From positions 148,858,657 through 148,885,864 of the forward strand of contig JANKJI020000002.1 of assembly GCA_024626585.2 (NCBI GenBank): a stretch of DNA of 27,208 bases. Direction: 5' to 3'. This document shows positions 22,488-27,208 of the stretch, piece by piece. Numbering within the stretch: position 1 is the first letter of the stretch; every line of letters starts with the position of its first letter. Origin of the DNA: Ginkgo biloba (Eukaryota; Plantae; Ginkgophyta). The notes below the pieces were generated by a model. It made no database searches, was not told where the DNA came from, and saw only the letters and a program-made list of their open reading frames with translations. The translations under genes and the position numbers were made by a program.

Positions 22488-24944
22488 NNNNNNNNNNNNN
22501 NNNNNNNNNNNNNNNNNNNNNNNNNNNNNNNNNNNNNNNNNNNNNNNNNNNNNNNNNNNNNNNNNNNNNNNNNNNNNNNNNNNNNNNTATACCTTTCCCA
22601 AACGTAGAGAGGGGAAGGAAATTGGAATAATAAAATGAGAAAACAACCAGAGCAAGAAGGGTTATGGGGGAAGATTCATTCAATGCATTCCATGATTCAT
22701 AAAATGGTTGCCCAAACTGATCTTGGACCTCTTGTGTTTCTCTCCCCTTCAGATGCCTCTACCTTACCTTGCCATTAGGAATAGATTTACTCGACCCTGG
22801 AAGAGATAGAAATATGGCAGGCACTGGGGCAATATTTTTTAGGTTAGTTTCCTTCAGAAGGAGAGGGGATTCTTCTGTCCCTTCCCAATGCATCAAAACT
22901 TGAGCATCAAAAAATTTGACCGAGCTAGAATTATTGTTTGTTCCTGGCCCCCGTTGTTGCCCCTTCATTCATGACAAAGTAGAGCTATGCCATTAACCAA
23001 CAACTAAAAATGATTACCCAGTGTTACACATGGTGAGAGTAGAGGGACCGCAGCACCTTCAGTATGTAGTCTCCATCTTTTTATCAATAAATTGATGCGA
23101 TAGCCACTACAACATAGCTTATATGCTCTTTGTGAAATTTCCACCTTCTCTGAAGTCCACTTTCTTGGAAGGATAAATTATTGAGGAGGTATAAGTATTA
23201 TTCCTTTTGCACTCCCTATGTGAAATAAATAAATAAAGAATGAGAAGTTCCCAGAGTAGGACCGTGTAGGTGAGGCTTGGACCCCCAAGACGAAGATCGT
23301 ACTGGTCTCCCTAAGTGATCTCCAATGATCCCCCGCTTGAACGTGGTTGCTATCGAGTTGAAGAACCCCTAGTCAAAATGACAAGCACCAAGAAACTTGG
23401 GAAACTCCCTTACTATAGCATGGCGAGAGTTCCCTATCAAACCAGTATCATGTTTACTTGGCTATTCCATTCATAGTTCCCTAAAAGAAGTGTTGTTCTA
23501 ATTGGAGAATAATTCCTGCAGTGCATCAGGTCTGGGCTTTTACCATTAGACTCTGGCATTGTTGTATGATTCTTCCTTCTTCCCTAACTGTACAATCAGA
23601 TGCTCCAAGTCCCTCAGGTTGTAAGTCTAATTTTTCTCCTAGATCTCAAAACAAATCTAGAGTTGCTCGTATTGGATCCAGAAGGGATTTTTAGGAAATA
23701 TTCTCTTTTCCCCCTGATTTGGTACATGTCAACCCTTTTGTTTTTCACGTGTATGCCTGCTGCATAGCCCATTCATCTCAAGAATCGAGTGTAGATAGAA
23801 AGCCCAACTATTTAATAAATAAAGAAAGGTGCCTTACTGACATTATACCTTTCCCGAATGTAGAGAGGGAAAGGATTGAATTGAGTTCCTTTCCCCTAAT
23901 AGTTCCCACATTATCGAATGGGTGAGTAGAGATAACTAAATAATTCCAATAATGGGGGTACTCCACCTAACTGACCCCCCTTTCTTCCATTCTAATATAG
24001 GGTGGAGCAAGCAGAGATGACCTGAAGGAGCATAGTGCCCCTATTTTTGAATTTCTATCTAAAGGGGTTGGGGGGTTTCCTCTGCCTGAGCCAAGCTAAG
24101 CCCACACCCGAGCGGGCGCATTATTGATTCCCTGCCACGCGAAGGCCATTGCAGTAGAGATCTTGATTCATCATACCAAATCAAGGAAGGGTCGATTCGA
24201 TCAATATCGCGTTATCTTGCCGGGCATATAGAATGAGGTTGGCCCCCCTCTGAGACCTTTGCTCTACTCTTTCCCATCGACCAGCCCTACTCCGCTACTT
24301 AACTGGGAAACTTAAATTTTTCCTTTTCCATGTTCCACTCTTTTCCAAATGTGTAATCTATTATATCGGTAACCAATCAATACCCTTCATCACCACTTTC
24401 GTCATGTGGTACTCTTGGGTTTTGGCCCTAATGTGTTTTCATGATCTACTATCATATTTGATAATCAAATTGAGCATAATATGCCCAACTACAATCCCAG
24501 GCCATTAGAGAGGATTTTATCCTTCATAGGTTTTGAACTAGTGACCACTCTCTTAGAAACCTACCGCCTTTTTATTTATGGAGTTGCAACTTCCTCTAAA
24601 TTTTTACAATGTTGTAAATATAAGGCTTTGATACTAAAATATGATCCAAAAATCACTAGGCACATAGTAGAAATGAACCAAAGCAATTTGAAAACACTCT
24701 CATGAGTGACAAGCATATATAAAGAGACTATAATTCAATTAAAATCTTTCCAATTAGTCATGTTTACCAAGATATTTTATATTTTCTTAACCTTAAAGTT
24801 ATAGCTCTGGTAGCAAAGTATTCTCTAAGCTCTTCCTGAAAATAATGCACAATGAAGGTTTGTGCATAAATCACTAATAAAAAATATTGAAGAATAAAGG
24901 TCTTATGTTCAAATTTTATTAGTATTAGAGAAAAAAAAAAAAAA

Positions 24945-25127
24945 AAATATGAAATTACATCAGAGAAATAAAGAGATAAATTCTTCTATAATAAAAAAAC
25001 TATAATTATAATTTATCAAGTACTACATAAATGGGCTTTCATTCCAATGGCTTTATGTTTACAAAATAATCCCACTATGTGGGAAAAAGAAAATAAAGTT
25101 AGATAGAAAGAGTTCTCAGGGCCAAGA
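24945..25127. repeat. Dispersed repeat, copy B, preceded by A17 (24931-24947)
   Basis: Same-orientation homology to 22315-22487. Confidence 0.85.
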
Positions 25128-25470
25128 GTCCTTAAATGGAGAACTCTACGAACAGAGAAAAGAGAGGAGCTATTGGAATTTAGTTTACATTTTATGGTTT
25201 TGCTCTATGGTAGTTTTCAAAAGAATTTATTATAGTCAAGGGAATAATCTATTTCAAGATTGTGGCTATTGCATTTTCTATTCCAAGATCTGATGATCCT
25301 TCGAATTATAACTATCAAATCAATTACTAAATGATTCATTTCATATTCTTTCTTTGAATTTGTTGGCATGGCAGTGGTTGTTGTTTGGGGTTGAGCTGGG
25401 AACACTGTTGGCTCAAAGCCTTTTTGGTCTTTTATCTAAATGAATCTCATAGGCCCTACTTCATAAAGTG

Positions 25471-25790
25471 GCTACCTTCACGGTTTGTGTAGATAGGCTA
25501 CTTACATCTGTTATGAAGGTAGAAATGACTTGTCATTGGGTCCCACCTCATAAAACAATTAGTTACTTTCATGGCACTTGAAGGTAAGCAACCTTCATTG
25601 TGACAACAAATGGAGAAACATAGAGCAAAGTTACCTTCAAGCTGAATGCAGGTAAGTTACCTTCACCTCAAATGCAGGTGGAAATCAACAAAGATGCTAC
25701 CTTCATTGTCTGTGAAGGTAGGCTACTTGTAACACATACTTCGGTAGAAATAAGTTAGCAATGTTACCTACACAGTCATTTTTGGTTGCA
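25471..25790. repeat. Higher-order array of 26-bp palindromic units GYTACCTTCA-N7-TGAAGGTAR
   Basis: Units start at 25471, 25497, 25562, 25588, 25630, 25656, 25696, 25722 and 25763. Some have one decayed arm. Confidence 0.85.
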
Positions 25791-25970
25791 AGGTTATTTT
25801 TGGCAACTTTCATAGGCTAACTTTCAGAGGGCATAACTTTTGTGTTTATGACTTCCTATTTTCGAAAAGAAAATATTGCCCCGAAGCTCATAGAGCTTAC
25901 TTTCCAGAAGTGTATGGATTTATACCAATTTTTTTGCAATAACACTATGCTATTTCTTCCCACTTACACG

Positions 25971-26140
25971 TTCCTTATAGGTAAGTTTTTCCCAAATTAT
26001 ATTCANNNNNNNNNNNNNNNNNNNNNNNNNNNNNNNNNNNNNNNNNNNNNNNNNNNNNNNNNNNNNNNNNNNNNNNNNNNNNNNNNNNNNNNNNNNNNNN
26101 NNNNNTTCCTTATAGGTAAGTTTTTCCCAAATTATATTCA
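25971..26140. other. Assembly artefact: identical 35-mer on both sides of a 100-N gap
   Basis: TTCCTTATAGGTAAGTTTTTCCCAAATTATATTCA occurs at 25971-26005 and 26106-26140, typical of overlapping contig ends. Confidence 0.8.
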
Positions 26141-26201
26141 CCTTGTAAATAATGTTTTTATATTCTCACTTTTTCGAATCAACATCTGATCATGGATTAC
26201 A

Positions 26202-27208
26202 CCTCCCTCTTTTGGAGATAATGGCCTCCATCATCTTCTCTTATACTCATTACTGTGAATGCCATGCTAGCTTCAACGATATCTTGAAATAGTTAACCTG
26301 TAAGGTGCCTAATATGCAACCTTCCTTCAATGAAGATCACTTGTCTACCAACAAGAAATAGAAATACTAGAGAAGAGATGAAAGGAATTGCCCTTCGTTG
26401 AAGATCTTATATTCCATTAAGCCATTCTTTGGCTCACTACCACACAATCTCCATGGGTTTTACATGTGCAAATTTGAATTTCTATCCATCAAGTCTTCTT
26501 CTTGATCTATTGATGACTCTAGTGCTAACTTGTTGGGCAACTTGTAAACTACATTCACTACCCTGGGAATTTCTTCATCATGTACCATAACTTGTGGTGT
26601 TTACTTGTCTTGTGGTACTTGGTTGGATCAACTTGGTGTAATTTTCAACAAAGTGCCATTGCACTTGGGACTACAATAAGCCTTCAAGAAAAAATGATTT
26701 AGAATTTACCAAATGCAATAAGAAAGTCTGGATTATACCCATCCACCATGATGTTGATGTTGTATAATGCTTAATAATGCTATCTTACCAATAATGCTTG
26801 TCAGCGTCTCTTGTCTTCTACAGAAGATTTTCTATTGCAAAGTTCTACAAGTTTAATACTTGTCTTCTAAAAGCTAATGTAACCTTTGTTACATTGGTCA
26901 TGTTTGCTTTCATTCCCAAGCAAATCAAATGCTAGTACTATGCATTGTTCTTCAACTCCTCATGGGCACACCACCATCTTACTAATTGCCAAGTGTCTAG
27001 AATGGTGTCCTCAATATTAGGATGCTGCAATGCTTTGAATGTCATTGTACCTCCTCCTTAGGCTTCTTCCTAGTTATTCTTGTTCAATGGAGTAGTACCT
27101 CTTGCTCTTGCACTGTTTTAGGTCTTCTCGATTCTTTGGATTTAACCCTCCTAGCTTACTACATCTCCTTCATGGAGTTGATTTGTCTTATATATCTCTT
27201 TTTTCTAA
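26202..27208 (-). mobile_element. Decayed 3' internal region of a Ty3/gypsy element with PPT; the 3' LTR begins at 26201 and runs leftward
   Basis: Minus-strand AAAAGAGGGAGG (26213-26202) is immediately followed by TGTAAT. About 26610-26500 gives K*TP..YGT...RVVNVVYKL...ESSI, resembling the integrase GPY/F region KL.PRYYGPY....VG.VAYKL.LP..S.IH. Confidence 0.55.

Noticed and set aside
24872-24885. CACTAATAAAAAAT as a possible CACTA TIR for the palindrome array
   Set aside because: It is about 600 bp from the array with unrelated repeat sequence between. No partner TAGTG terminus or TSD was identified.
25471-25790. CRISPR interpretation of the palindromic array
   Set aside because: The context is eukaryotic, the variable parts are only 7 nt and lie inside the palindrome, and there are no cas genes.
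25971-26140. 35-bp direct repeat containing AG|GTAAGT
   Set aside because: It flanks a 100-N gap exactly, so it is a contig overlap. No upstream exon supports the donor.

Overview
Eukaryotic, AT-rich, gappy plant genomic sequence. TE-packed introns suggest a gymnosperm, but the species cannot be determined from the sequence. The only clear host gene is four consecutive internal exons (14529-15234, + strand, GT-AG introns of 152, 161 and 163 bp) of a stand-alone PITH-domain protein of the Arabidopsis At3g04780 type. Its first and last exons are not visible. Almost everything else is decayed, nested transposon sequence. This includes several Ty3/gypsy LTR retrotransposons (chromovirus and non-chromovirus types), four related LTR-like repeats with W-box/ACGT-motif arrays in the putative U3, a TIR-bounded insertion splitting an integrase, possible LINE remnants, and a higher-order array of TACCTTCA-N7-TGAAGGTA palindromes. 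Most ORFs in the supplied track are artefacts of N-runs or antisense shadows. I see no evidence of a prokaryotic-type novel system. The most unusual items are a Gag-protease-chromodomain element with no visible RT/RNase H/integrase and the regular palindrome array. All protein and family assignments are by eye from recalled motifs, and no searches were run.
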